NCBI RefSeq assembly: GCF_009914755.1
Contig: NC_060927.1
Length of the DNA stretch: 64,000 bases
Strand: one strand, 5' to 3'
DNA from: the human T2T-CHM13v2.0 reference genome, Homo sapiens
In this document: one piece after another, positions 1 to 20,244 of the stretch
Layout: each line of letters starts with the position of its first letter
Position numbering within the stretch: the first letter of the stretch is position 1
Notes under the pieces: generated by a model
The model's input: only the letters and a program-made list of their open reading frames with translations
What the model was told of the DNA's origin: nothing
Database searches by the model: none
Position numbers and translations under genes: made by a program

Positions 1-430
1 ATGTAAAATTAGCACAGTCTGAACACAGTTAGAAAACCAAATGCATTCTCTGTAAGTGGGAGATGTGACCCCCTTCTTTAGGCTGTTGCTAATCATTAAC
101 ATCAGGGTGGGTGTTCTCGAACAGTGCCTGAGCCAGGCCCCAGCTATCATTTCGAGCCCTTTGGAACTGCGGATGTGTCGGCCTATAAAGTCTTCCAAAA
201 CTCAGGTCCTCATTTATCACTCCACCCTTGACCTCCTATTTGTGAGACCCTCCAGCCCATTTCCCGCAACTGTTACCTCATTCCTCCACATCCCAGCAGC
301 ACCTCACACGCTCTCACATCCATGCACTTCAGTTCCACCCTCCCCTATATGCAAAGGAAGCAATCAGCTCCTCCTCCACTTCTGAACCGGTGTTTCTCAA
401 CTTCCAATCCACAGACAGGAGAGGCAAAAT

Positions 431-705
431 CAAACCACCATACCACAGGTTCTCTGTTATAAGTGAGAGCTAAAGAATGGGTACACATGGACATATAGAG
501 AGAAATAATAGACACAGGGGACTTCTAAAGCGGGGAGGGTGGCAGGGAGATGAGGTTTGAAAAATTGCCTATTGGGTACACTGTTTACTAATTCAGGTGA
601 ATGGCACACTAGAAGCTCAGACTTCATTCACCATTACACAACATATCCATGTAACAAATCTGCCTATGTACCTCTCAAAACTATACCGATTTTAAAAGTT
701 TTTAA
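431..705 (+). mobile_element. Old LINE-1 3' UTR fragment (L1PB-like)
   Basis: L1PB-type 3' UTR motifs: GAGCTAAAGAATGGGTACACATGGAC, AAAATTGCCTATTGGGTAC, CCATGTAACAAATC. Confidence 0.7.
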
Positions 706-889
706 ACCAAACTACTATAATAAATTCATTCCCCCACCCATTTCCTCCACCACACAACAGCATTTCCAGCTCTTCTTTCCCAAACTTTTAAACTTTATCT
801 GGATACAAAATAGAGAGTTTAGAGGTTTTGGTTAATGATGTGGTTTTAGTTGAGAAACAGTCTTCATTTATGTGATATAATTTTTAAAG

Positions 890-1110
890 TAATATTTATT
901 GAGCTTTAATATGTACTAGGTACCTGATGAAGTATTATCCTATTCAATCTTTACAACCACCTTTCTGCAGATAAAGAAATCGTCCAGAGAGATTAATTTG
1001 CCAAAGGTGATACAACTATAAAATGGTAGAGCTAGAATTTAAACTTAAGGCAAATTAAGTTCTGAAAACAATCCGGAGCCTAGAGTCCATGCTTTTAATC
1101 ACACTATATA
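890..1110. mobile_element. MIR SINE relic
   Basis: ATTTATTGAG...CAGATAAAGAAA...TTGCCAAAGGT..ACAACT...GGTAGAGCTAGAATTTAAAC resembles the MIR core. Confidence 0.55.
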
Positions 1111-1323
1111 TCATTTCCCAATCCCTAACAGCACCCCTCTTTTAAAATTTCTTGCCCTCTTTTTGTACTGCCCCTTGCCAAGATCATGATTCCCTACCAA
1201 CTTCAAGGAAAGTTTGCCATATTACTCCATGATGCTAACCAAAACCTACCCCTCCATCTTTTTCTCTGCTATCACCCTAGGGCTCTACCCAGGTTAATTA
1301 CTCTGAGAACTCTTTAATACCCT

Positions 1324-1715
1324 TGTATCAGTCAGGATGCTTTTGGCTACAAGAATCTAAACTCCCAACTTAGGCTAACTTCACTGATAAGGACATTTAG
1401 TTTACATAACAGGAATTGTTAAGGATAAATCAGAATTCGTGGCTACATGACTGAGCAGCTCCACAATGCCATCAACAATTCAAGGATCAAGGTTGTTGCT
1501 GTCTCCCTGCTCTGTAAACTTAATCCTACAGCTGGTTCCCCTCAAGAGTTGAGGGCGGCTGCCAGAAGCAACTTGCTCCACGTTCTTCCTTGCTATTGTG
1601 CCTGAGTGGTAAGGGGTCGGGGGGACTCTCCTCCAACTATGTCTGATTGGACCATATGCCCAACCCTGCCAGTAACAGGGGAATGTACAACATGATGGAT
1701 TTAATCCCAAATTCC
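1324..1715. mobile_element. MaLR (MLT1-like) LTR relic
   Basis: Starts TGTATCAGTCAGGATGCTTTTGGCTAC, typical of an MLT1 terminus. Confidence 0.5.
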
Positions 1716-2050
1716 TGAGCAGTTATCTGACAGCCTGTAGCTGCCAGCTCCTTCAGAGACTGCCTCAGCAAAGAGCATAAACTTTTCATGTAGCATCAAG
1801 CCAATGATTAAGCAAGATGGTGGTTCTAGGGCCCAGCCATTTCCACCCAGTGCAAGACTCCTCTAGTTGGCATTCATTGCCCTGGAGCTCCTAACTGGAA
1901 AGGCAAAGAGTTTGTCAGATCTGCCTCATGGTCTGTTGGCTCTTCCTGTGCAATCCTTCTTCCTCCTCTTTTCCTTTCACTGGTGTTACTCCTTAATAAG
2001 CCTTTGGGACTCCATCTCAGTACCCCCTCCCCAGAGAACCCAACCTACAG
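1716..2050 (+). mobile_element. ERVL LTR relic (LTR16-like)
   Basis: TGACAGCCTGTAGCTGCCAGCTCCTTCAG...TTAATAAGCC...CTCCATCTCAG...AGAACCCAACCT resembles the LTR16 family. Confidence 0.5.
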
Positions 2051-3758
2051 CAGTACCCTGCTAGCTAACTATGACTCCATCTTCACCTTCTGTCTCTATT
2101 CCACCCACATATCTTATACCTCCAGAAAATCTGTCCTACACCATCTACATTCCACCCCTCCTTCTAAAACTGCTTTTCATCTGCCTTAGGACCTTCAGTC
2201 CTTTAACCCATCCCCATTCTTAGTCCACCAGCCACCATCTATGTTCCCTTGCATCATGCCTTTGCCTGGACTGAATCTTTACCACAACTTTGCTATCACC
2301 TAGTTTCTCCCCTCCCAACCCTTAGACCAATCCCCAGCCCTGGGAAAGCTATAGTAAAGCATCCTTTCTCCCCTCCTAGGTCTACTGAAAGAAAACCTGA
2401 AAACTGGGTTTAATGGCTTAATGAAAAATCCATGCGATCTAACTTTAATTGGACCCTCAGGATGGCTAAGTAATCATTTTACTAATCTCTGTAGACTTCC
2501 ACTGCATTGATGCCAAATGTTTTCTCTCTTCACTTCCTAATGTCCCTTCCTCCTAATTTCTCCTCATACTCTGAGGAGGGATTGTTAACCTCCTTCTTTT
2601 TCTGTTGATCAAGTATGTAGTCTATTGCCTTTACTTATCCAGATCCATCACACCTCTCTTTCCCTTGGAGAAATGGCCAGCCATGGGCATGTGAATCAAG
2701 CCAGACCAACAAAACCCTTGTCAAAACTATTAAGGGAGAAAACTTTTGCTTGTTTGTTTTGGAGATTGCTAATCTGTAAAGAAAAAAGTCTGGTGCTATA
2801 AGCCCCCATATTGTTCCAGAAGGGAAGAGCCTTTCTAAGAAAAAGCCAGAGGAAAGCAGATCAGGCCCTGATGGCATCCTACTGCTTCCAGATCCACCTG
2901 TCTTAAAGCTGTCACCCCATGAGACTTCAATTACGTGTTCCAACAAATTCTCTTTATGTGTCTGTACTTTCAGCCAAGGGTTGATATATAAACTCCTTTC
3001 AGTCTCCAAATTTGTCTCTATCTTTACCTATTCTGACACATTCTCACAGGCCTCTGACAGAGGTATTGTTCTTGTTTGTATAGTTTTCCTCCTGTGCATT
3101 TTTCTTTTGGACTTTGTTTGATCACATTGTTTTCTCCAATGTCTTCTTCCTCATTGCCCGTATTCACGATTGGTATTGGCTGAATAAATGTTACCAAGCT
3201 ATTTCAAAAGTGGGTCTTTAATGAAACTAGACAGAACACACAGAACACATTTCTGAAGGTGTAAGAATGTGGCTCTTTGACAGTGACTTTATTTGCAGGT
3301 GAGCGAGGTGGAGTCATTCCAGAGGACGGAAGGAGAACTTTGACACAATTTCTATCCTTATATGTTCCTCAAAAGGATGCTAAGATCTCACCTCCTCACT
3401 CACTTCACCTCCATTTGGCAGTCAGTACGCCCTTGAAGAATTGCCTTGTGGCACACAAAGGTGAGAAGAATATGTGCTGTACTGTTACGTGTAAGAGATT
3501 CTGCAGAGTTGAGGGGACTTAGGAGGAGGGAGCAGACTGGTGCATATCAGCAGCCCTTAGCTGCCCTCAGAAACTTTTCAATGCCCAGTAGGGTTTGGTT
3601 GTTGTTGTTTTCATTTTCTTTTTCATTTAATTTTAAGTAGATAATATATTTACATGATTTAAAATTCAAATCTATATAAAAAGATATACAGAGAAATTTC
3701 AGTCCCCGGCCCCTCCACATTTTCCATCAAGTTTTCTGAAGTTTTCAGTTTATGCCTC

Positions 3759-4230
3759 TGTGTTAGTTTCTATTGCTGCATAACAAATTGTAACAAACTT
3801 AGTGGCTTTAAACATATTTATTATCTCATAGTTGCTGAAGGTCAGAAGTCTGAGCAGGATGTTCATAGGTTTTCTGTTCAAGTCCTCACAAAGCCAAAAT
3901 CAAGATATCAGCCAGGACTGCAGTCTTTCTAGAGCTCAGGGTCTTCTTCCAGGCTATTCAGTTCCCTATAGCTGTAGGATTGAGGTCCTTGTTTCCTTGC
4001 TGGCTGTTGACTTGGAGTTGCCCTTAGGTCTGAGATGCCATCCTCAGCCTCTAGCCACATGGTCCCCTTCACATGCAGTTAACAACATGTCTGTTTTCTT
4101 TCCTCTAGGCCGATGAAGAGCATCATATTGACTGGTCCCATGTAAACTCAAGGAGAAGGGGATGATACAAGGCATATATATAGTTGGTGGACAGAATATT
4201 GGGAGTCATCCTAAAATTCTGCCTACCACA
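3759..4230 (-). mobile_element. MaLR solo LTR (MLT1C/D-like)
   Basis: TGTGTTAGTTTCTATTGCTGCATAACAAATT...CTTAGTGGCTTTAAAC start and AATTCTGCCTACCACA end (TG...CA termini). Confidence 0.7.
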
Positions 4231-4978
4231 GCTTCCATTGTTGTTCAGCTTATTAAAAATAAAAGCAAAGCAAAAATACACACACACACATACATGCACA
4301 TTTCCCCATTAAACAACAGTGGCATATAATATATACCTTACTCCATATTGTTTTTTGCACTTAATAGTATATCTGGAGTCCATTTTTTAGCAGTATATAT
4401 CATCTTCATTTTTTTGTAGTAGTTCAGTTCTTTATTAAAGTATACTATATTTATTCAACCATATTTATATACCATATGCCATAAGATAACACCATATTTA
4501 TTCAAATATTTTCTAACTCTTAGTCATTTTGATTTTTTCCTATATTCTCTTTGCTATTACAGATAGTGCTGTAATGAATAGTTTGCATAGCCTTTTTTTT
4601 CCCCGGGTCAAAGAAATGTGCTAGATGTTGTCAAATTCCCCTATATCAAGTTGACACCATTTTGCTTTCCCTCCTTCAAGATACCTGGTACGGTTTTTAT
4701 TTGTGATTTTCCTTTTGTGAGTGAGGTTAAGCAACTTAAAGGGGGAATTTTTATTCATTTTTCTGTGAACTGTCTGTTCATGTTCTTTGCTATTCTTCTA
4801 TTGGGTTGTTGGGCTTCTCACAGTTTCTAGAGGCTCTCAAGTAGTTTAATCATTTTCCTGTGATATGGCAAGTATTTTTCCCAGTTTGTCACTGTCTTTT
4901 GACTTATGTTGTTTTGCTATGGAAGAAACTTTCTTATATGTTGTTGAATGTGTCAGTCTTTCATTTCAGGGCTTCTGA

Positions 4979-7338
<2,360 letters not shown>

Positions 7339-8150
7339 AGAAAGGCTTTGCCCACTTAATGTTTATAAAGGAACCCACTATGTTTTTTTCTTGTACTGCA
7401 TAGTTTTATTTTTTATACTTAAATATCTAATCTACTTGAAGTTTGTTCTATTATCTTGTTTAAGGCATTAATCCAATGTAATCTTTTTCAAATGTCTTCC
7501 CAATCAATTGTTCAATCATCAGGAAAACTGAGGAACAAAAGTCACCAGAAACCAACATCAAAGAAAAAAAAGCTATTCTTCAGTAGTTTAAGGAGGTGCA
7601 GACTTTCTCAAGACTGTGATAAAGGGAAGTAACACTGCTTAATTATCTGACCAGGTATGCAATGCCAAGTGCCAGACAATTTTATTGAGCTGAACTTGAA
7701 GAACATTTAAACCATGTAAACTACAGAGAGAATATGGAGAAAAACCACTGATTTCAGAGCAAGAACATGTATACTTTCTATGCTTGAGTTGATAAAGTTT
7801 CCCCTCATCCACAAATGCTACAAAACTAAAATCTTAGTCTTCTCTTATTTTTTTCTTTTCAAGTTCAAACCTTTATTAATGTTCTTAAGGTACTCTAATT
7901 TTTTAAAAAATTTACAAACAGTAAAATTCACTCTTTAGGGTATACAGTTTATAAGCTTCAAAAATGCATAGAATTATGTAACCATTTCCATAATCAAGAA
8001 ACAGAACAGTCTCATAATCTCCAAAAAATTCTCTCAAGCTACTCCTCCCCAAACCAGAATACCCAGAAAACCTGGCAACCATTGATCTGTTCTTCATCCC
8101 TACAGTTTTTCCTTTTCTAAACATTATATGTCATATAAATGGAATCCTAC

Positions 8151-8509
8151 TGCTACAGTATGAATGTTTGTGTCCTCCCAAAATTCATATGTTGAAACCT
8201 AATCCCCAATGTTGTAGTATTAAGAGATGGGGACTTAAGGGAGGTGACTAAGTCATGACAGTGGAGCCCTTGTGAATGAGATTAGTGTCCTTATAAAAAA
8301 GGCCTAAGAGAGATTGTTTGCCCCTTCCATTGTATGAAGACATATAGAAGGTGCCATCTATGAGGAACAGGCTCTTACCAGACACAAAATCTGTTGACAC
8401 CTTGATCTTGGACTTCCCAGCCTCCAGAACTGTAAGCAATAAATTTCTGTTGTTTATAAATTACCCAGTTTAAGGTATTACATTATAGCCACCCAAATGG
8501 GCCAAGACA
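8151..8509 (+). mobile_element. MaLR solo LTR (MST-like) inside an old L1M
   Basis: TG...CA termini; 5-bp TSD CCTAC (8146-8150, 8510-8514); CCAGCCTCCAGAACTGTAAGCAATAAATTTCTGTTG motif. Confidence 0.85.
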
Positions 8510-8960
8510 CCTACTTTATGTAACCTTTTTAGTTTGGCTTCTTTCACTCAGCATAATGCACCTGAGATTCATCCATGTTGTTATGTGTAGAAATAATCTG
8601 TTCTTTTTATTGCTAAGCAGTACTCCATGAGATGGATGTACTACCATTTGTACCAAAGGTTATTTGGAATATTTCCAGTTTTCAGTGATTATAAACACTT
8701 GCACACAGATTTTCAGCATACAGATCCTGCCTGTATTTTGTTAAATATATACCAAAACATTTCTTTCTTCAGGGAGACGGTGCTATAGTAAATGGTACTG
8801 TTTTCTCACTGCTAGTATAGAAGATTTTTTTTCTGTATTCTGTTAACTTGCTAAACTCACTTATTATTTCTAGAAGCTTTTGTAGATGCCTTAAAGTTTT
8901 GTATGTAGACAATCATATCATCTGCAAAAGTGATCATTTTATTTGTTCCTTATCTATCCA

Positions 8961-10605
<1,645 letters not shown>

Positions 10606-11210
10606 TATATGCCTTCTATTTATTTTTCTTGCCTTATTGCATTGAAAAAAAACCTTCCCGTATGACACTGAATAGGAGTAATGAGAGTGGATATCTTTGT
10701 CTTGTTCCCAATATTAGGCAAACATTCTTTCACCATGAAGTGGATGTTAACTGCAGATTTTCTTGAAGATGCCTTTTGTTAGGTTAAGGAATTACCATCT
10801 GTTCTTTGGTGACTGAGAGTTTTCATCATGAATGGATGTTGAATTTTATCCAATGATTCATCTTCATCTATTTATTTGATCATACGGTTTTTCTTCTTTA
10901 AGTTGTTTATATGATGAATCACATTGACTTTTGAATGTTGAATCTACCTTGCATTCATAATATAACCTGGTCATGTTATATTACCCTAATTATGTATTGC
11001 TGGATTAGATATTGCTTATATTTTATTGATGATCTTGCATCTGTGTTCATGAGGAATGTTGATCTATAGGTTTCTTTACTCATAATGTCTCCGTCTGGTT
11101 TTATAATAGGGTAATATTGGCCTCATAGAATAAGTTGGAAAGAATGTCATGCTCTTCTATTTTCTAGAAGAGATTGTAAAGAATTGTTTTCTTTCTTAAA
11201 TGTTTGGTAG

Positions 11211-11547
<337 letters not shown>

Positions 11548-11863
11548 AAATTTTTTTTCTTTGAAAGGTCTTTTTAATACAAATTCAATTTCAATTTCTT
11601 TAAAAGATAAGGGACTATTCGTGTTATCTATTTCTTCTTGAAGGAATTTTGGTAATTTGTGTCTTCTGAGTATGTCATTTAATCTAAGTTGTTGAATTTA
11701 CAGACTTGGAGTTGTTGATAATCCTCCCTTATTATTCTTTTAATATCAGTGGAACCTATAGGTGACATTTCCTCTTTCATTCTAATGTTAGCCTATAGTT
11801 AGGCAAAATTAGCCTGCAGTCAAGTAATTTATGTCTTCTCTAAGGTTTTTCCTGGTCACTTTA

Positions 11864-12319
11864 TGTTAAGAACTGTGAAGGGTTGGAGATTTTACCCTAC
11901 TTGCAAACTAAGAAATTAGGCTGCCAGTTTTGTAGATTCTGGTGGAAGACACATGACTCCTAAGTCAGAGACAAAGTTTAGTTTAGTGCTTACAGCAGTA
12001 GCAGCAGCCAGCCAGCGTGTCAAGATTTTTGCACCAGTTCCCTGGGCACACATTCCCACAGGTCAACACAAAGAGGTCTAGATGATACCTGAAACTGCAG
12101 TGGCTTGTACTGCAGGAAAGGAACACTAAACTTAGAGCACCAGAATCTTTTATATTGAGAGTAAGCTTTCCTTGCTCCAGAGTGAGACACTATCTCCATC
12201 TTCCAGGGATGTTTATAGACATTATTGGGGGGAAAAATAGTCCAGAACAAAGGGTAGTCAGTGTCTTACTCAAAAAACATGTAGAAAAGTGAGAGATCCA
12301 TAAAGAGTTGTTTCCCAAC
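11864..12319. mobile_element. Probable ERV solo LTR
   Basis: Non-L1 block from TGTTAAGAAC to TTCCCAACA interrupting the L1M; family uncertain. Confidence 0.45.
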
Positions 12320-12927
12320 ACTCTGGTTAGAAATTGATTGATTATATTGATCATTTCAAAGAACCAGCTTTCATTTGATTGCTATTCACTGATTTTCTCT
12401 ATTTTTATGTTTACAATTTCATTGATTTCTGCTCTTAATTTTATTCTTTTCTTCCTTCTGTTTAATGTGGGTTTAGTTTATTCTCCTTTTTCTAGTTTCT
12501 TAAAGCAGAGGCTTAGATTATTTATTTGACATCTTTTTTCTTTTCTGATGAAAGCATTTAATGCTATAAATTTTATTCAGTACTATTTCAGCTACATGCC
12601 ACAAATTTTTGATGTTTTATTTTTATTTTAATTCAGTTCAAAATATGGCCTAATTTCTATTAAGACTTTTTCTGTAACCACTGGGTTTTTTAAAAATGTG
12701 TTGATTAATTTTCAAATATTCATCAATTTTCCAGAAAGCTTTGTTATTGATTCCAAGTTTAATTCTGTTGTGATTGAAACGCTTTTTTAAAACTGTTATA
12801 GTTTCAATTATTTTAAGGTTACTATTATTTATATCCCAGAATATAGTCTATCTTGGTAAATGTTCCATGTAAACCTGGAAAGAATGTGTATTCTGCTATT
12901 GTTGGGTGGAGCATAAATGTCAATTCA

Positions 12928-12968
12928 GTGCTCAATTTAGCAGCATATATATTAAAATTGGAATGATA
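12928..12968 (+). pseudogene. 3'-truncated (tailless) U6 snRNA retropseudogene, about the first 41 nt
   Basis: GTGCTCAATTTAGCAGCATATATATTAAAATTGGAATGATA resembles the U6 5' end; direct repeat ATAAATGTCAATTCAGT at 12913-12929 and 12968-12984. Confidence 0.85.
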
Positions 12969-13231
12969 TAAATGTCAATTCAGTCACGTTGGTTGAGAAC
13001 ATTGCTCAAGTCTTCTGTATCCTTGCTCATTTTTTTCTACTTCTGTCAATTCTGAGAGAAAAATTTTTAAGTCTTCAAATATAATTGTGGCTTTGTCTAT
13101 TTCTTTTCTGTTCTATCAGTTTCTGATTCATGTATTTTGATGCTCTGTCGTTAGACGTATACACATTTGGGATTGTTATGACTTCTTAGTCGTAGAAGAA
13201 TTAGTGAATTGCTTATTTTTTCATTATATAA

Positions 13232-13676
<445 letters not shown>

Positions 13677-14213
13677 TATCCTTTCACTTTTAACCTATTT
13701 ATGTCACTGTCTATAAAATAGATATCTTGTATTCAATATATAGCCAGGTCTCTTTTTTATCCAATCTGAAAATTTCTTTTTTTAATTAGTGTCTTTAGGC
13801 CATTTACCTTTAATGTAATTATGGATGTGGTTGGATTTGAATTTGCCACTTTATTACTTGTTTTCTATTTATCCCTTCTGTCTTACATTAGTCTGTTTTT
13901 CCTTTCTCATATATTTCCTGATTATTTGGATATTTATACTCTCTCGTTTTAATATACCTATTGGCATTTTTTGCTATATCTCCTTTTATTCTTTTTAGTG
14001 GATGCTCTATGGACAATATACCTACACAACCTTTAGTTGTCCATTTAGTGTTAATATTAGCACTTCGAGTAAAAGGTATTAGACGTAAGCAGGAGAAACA
14101 AAAATCTCTTTAGCCTTCCCTTCTTTTAAGTTGTAGTTGCCATTTATAGTGTAACATTGAAACCTCCACTAATCGTACAATTTTTGCTTTCAATAATCAT
14201 ACATATAGATATA

Positions 14214-14332
14214 TTTTTTAGAGACAGGATCTTGCTATTGCCCAGGCTGACCTTGAACTCCTGAGCTCAAGCAATCTTCACACCTCAGCCTCCTAAGTAG
14301 CTGGGATTAAAGGCTCATGCCACTGCACGCGG
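14214..14332 (-). mobile_element. Alu monomer (FLAM-like)
   Basis: Single antisense arm: TTGCCCAGGCTG..GAACTCCTGAGCTCAAGC. Confidence 0.8.
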
Positions 14333-16007
14333 TAGTCATGCATTTTAAAGAACTTACTAGGAAAAAATATTCTTTTACATTTACCTAAACACGAGTTAGT
14401 TCTCCCTTTATTCTTAATGTTCTAACTTTATCTCTCTTATGATTTCCTTTCAGCTTGAAGAATTTCTTTTAGCATTTCTTTTAGAGCAGAAAATGTCTGA
14501 TAGCAATGAATTTTCTTAGTTTTTTTTCCCTCTGAGGTTATCTTTATTTCTCCATAATTCCTGAAATATATTTTCACTGATTGCAGAATTCTGGATTAAT
14601 AGCTCTTTTCTTTAAGAACTTTAAAGATGTTGTTCCATTGTCTTCTAAGCTATGTAGGATTTTTAAAGATCTTTAAGAACTCTTTTTCTTTTGTCTCCCT
14701 CTTTTGGTTTTTATAAGTTTGATTATATCTGTCTGATGTGATTTTCTTTGACTTTATAAGATAACCTTACGTGTTTCACCAAATTGGAACGTTTTCAGCC
14801 ATTATTTTTTCAAATAATTTTTCTTCACCAATTTTTTTTTCCTCCTGGGACTGCAATTACACAAACGTTTTATCTCAAAATACTGTCCCACAAGTTTCTG
14901 ATGATCCGTTTGTTTTTAACAAATATTTTTCTCTCAGTTCTTTACTTCGGATGATTTCTATTGAACAATGTTCAAATTCACTGACTTTTCTTCACCATCT
15001 CATTTCTGCTACTGAGCCCATCCAGTGAATTTTTTTTTATTTCACACATTATCTTTTTTAGTTCTAAAATTTTCATTTGGCTCTTTTGATTATAATTATA
15101 TTTATCTACTGAAAACTCATTTTCAAAATTTCATTTATTTCAAATGTGTTCACTATTGCTTCATTAAGTTTGGTTATAATAGCTGTTTTAAAGTCTGTCT
15201 AATAATTCCAACCCCTGGATAATCTTAGGGTTAGTATCTGTTGATTGTCTTTTCGCTTGAGGATTAGTCATGTTTTCCTGCCTTTTCATATGTTGAGCAG
15301 TTTTAGATTCTATCTCAGACATTTTTAATACATTTTATACTATGAAACTCGTAGTCTTATTAAAATTCTTTGGAGAATGTTGACTTTTTGTTATTGTTTT
15401 AGCAGGCAAACAGTATGGCCGGGTTCAGACTATAAATTGTCCTTCCTTCTTTGGTCAATTAGTTTAAATGTTAGTTGTTTTCAAATCTTTTGCCATGCTT
15501 CTTTGGGTCTACACTACACACGTGCCTCTCAGAGGTTAGTCTCTGAATTGAGTGATTTATGTCATAGATCACTCCTCAATACCTTTGTTATCCAGCTTTG
15601 GACCTGTTTTATGCCTTTAAAGCTCAATCTTGCAACATAAGATTCCAACATGACACTTCCTTCCCATCAAGTCTAACGAATTATATGGATGTTATAATAC
15701 AGTCAAAAGACATGTTTTTCCATCACTGTTCCTTTGTGGCATTTGTTGTCACCTTCCTGTCATGTCAGCTTAAGTGATTTCTATTTAAATCACAGAACTC
15801 CGAAAAATGATTTTCTTCTTTCCATTGTCAAAAGAATTATTAAAGTTGTGTTTGTCTTTAATACCGAAAAAAAGCCAATACAGGTGAAGGACACTCTTCA
15901 CCATTAGGTGACTTTAACCCAATTTCCGTCTTAGTCTCAATGGATCTCTCTTGTTCAGAGAGCTTTCTTGCCTTTCCATCTCTTCCAAGGATAATAAATG
16001 GATTTAT

Positions 16008-18910
<2,903 letters not shown>

Positions 18911-19579
18911 AATTAATGGATTTGTTTTATTATTTCATCTACCAAGTATTTATCAAGTGTCTACTGTGTGTTAGAAGCTATTTTAGACATCGTTCAATTT
19001 TTTTAAAGAACTGCCTGATGCTGAAATGAATAGGTTACCAGAGACTTACTTTTAAGATAATTTTTAAGAAAATTACTTGTCTATTCAAGAATATTAGCTG
19101 GAGAATGGCTTGAGGTGAGGAATGGACTAGACTCTTCTCACTGTCCTTTAGTTCAGTGACTTCTCAAGACAGAAATAACAAGGCAAGACCATCAAATAAA
19201 CCCAAAGCATCTCTGAGAAAAAAAAAATTTTGTTTTTTTATTTTAAGTTCTGGGGTACATGTGCAAGATGTGCAGGTGTTTGTTACGTACATAAATGTAT
19301 GCCATAGTGATTTGCTGCACCTATCAACTCATTACCTAGGCATTAAGCCCAGCATGCACTAGCTATTTTTCCTAATGCTCTTCCTCCCTCCGCCCTGCCT
19401 CCCACAGGCTCCAGTGTGTGTTGTTACCCTCCCTGTGTCTGTGTGTTCACATTGTTCAGCTCCCACATATAAGTAAGAAGATGCAGTGTTTGGTTCTCTG
19501 TTCCCATGTTAGTTTGCCAATGATAATGACTTCCAGCTCCAACGATGTCCCTGCAAAGGACATGATCTCGTTCCTTTTT

Positions 19580-20137
19580 TTTTTTAATTACACTTTAAGT
19601 TCTAGGGTACATGTGCACAATGTGCAGGTTTGATACATAGGTATATATGTGCTATGTTGGTTTGCTGCACCCATCAACTCATCATTTACATTAGGTATTT
19701 CTCCTAATGCTCTCCCTCCCCCAGCCCCCCACCTCACAACAGGCCCTGGTGTCTGATGTTCCTCACCTTGTGTCCAAGTGATCTCATTGTTCAATTCCCA
19801 CCTAGGAGTGAGAACATGCAGTGTTTGGTTTTCTGTCCTTGTGATACTTTGCTGAGAATGATGGTTTCCAGCTTCATCCATGTCCCTACAAAGGACATGA
19901 ACTCATCCTTTTTGTGGCTGCATAGTATTCCATGGTGTATATGTGCCACATTTTCTTAATCCAGTCTATCATTGATGGACATTTGGGTTGGTTCCAAGTC
20001 TTTGCTATTGTGAATAGTGCCACAATAAACAAACATGTGCATGTGTCTTTATAGTAGCATGATGTATAATCCTTTGGGTATATACCCAGTAATGGGATTG
20101 CCGGGTCAAATGGTAATTCTAGTTCTAGATCCTTGAG
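19580..20137 (-). mobile_element. L1PA 3' end portion of the U6/L1 chimera
   Basis: Antisense L1 3' UTR with tail, fused to U6; 15-bp TSD ATCTCGTTCCTTTTT at 19565-19579 and 20246-20260 brackets U6 and L1 together. Confidence 0.93.
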
Positions 20138-20244
20138 AAAAATATGGAACGCTTCACGAATTTGCATGTCATCCTTGCACAGGGGCCATGCTAATCCTCT
20201 ATGTGTCATTCCAATTTTAGTATATGTGCTGCAGAAGCGAGCAC
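20138..20244 (-). pseudogene. Full-length U6 snRNA retropseudogene (5' half of the U6/L1 chimera)
   Basis: Reverse complement GTGCTCGCTTCTGCAGCACATATACTAAAATTGGAATG...ATTAGCATGGCCCCTG...TTCGTGAAGCGTTCCATATTTTT, 107 nt; ACAGAGA box mutated; upstream is L1, not a U6 promoter. Confidence 0.96.

Noticed and set aside
11788-11809. 20/22 match to 9110-9131 as a further templated insertion
   Set aside because: Too short; about one such match is expected by chance in an AT-rich 64-kb self-comparison.
20138-20244. Functional U6 snRNA gene
   Set aside because: ACAGAGA box mutated, CpG decay, fused to L1, upstream sequence is L1 rather than PSE/TATA.
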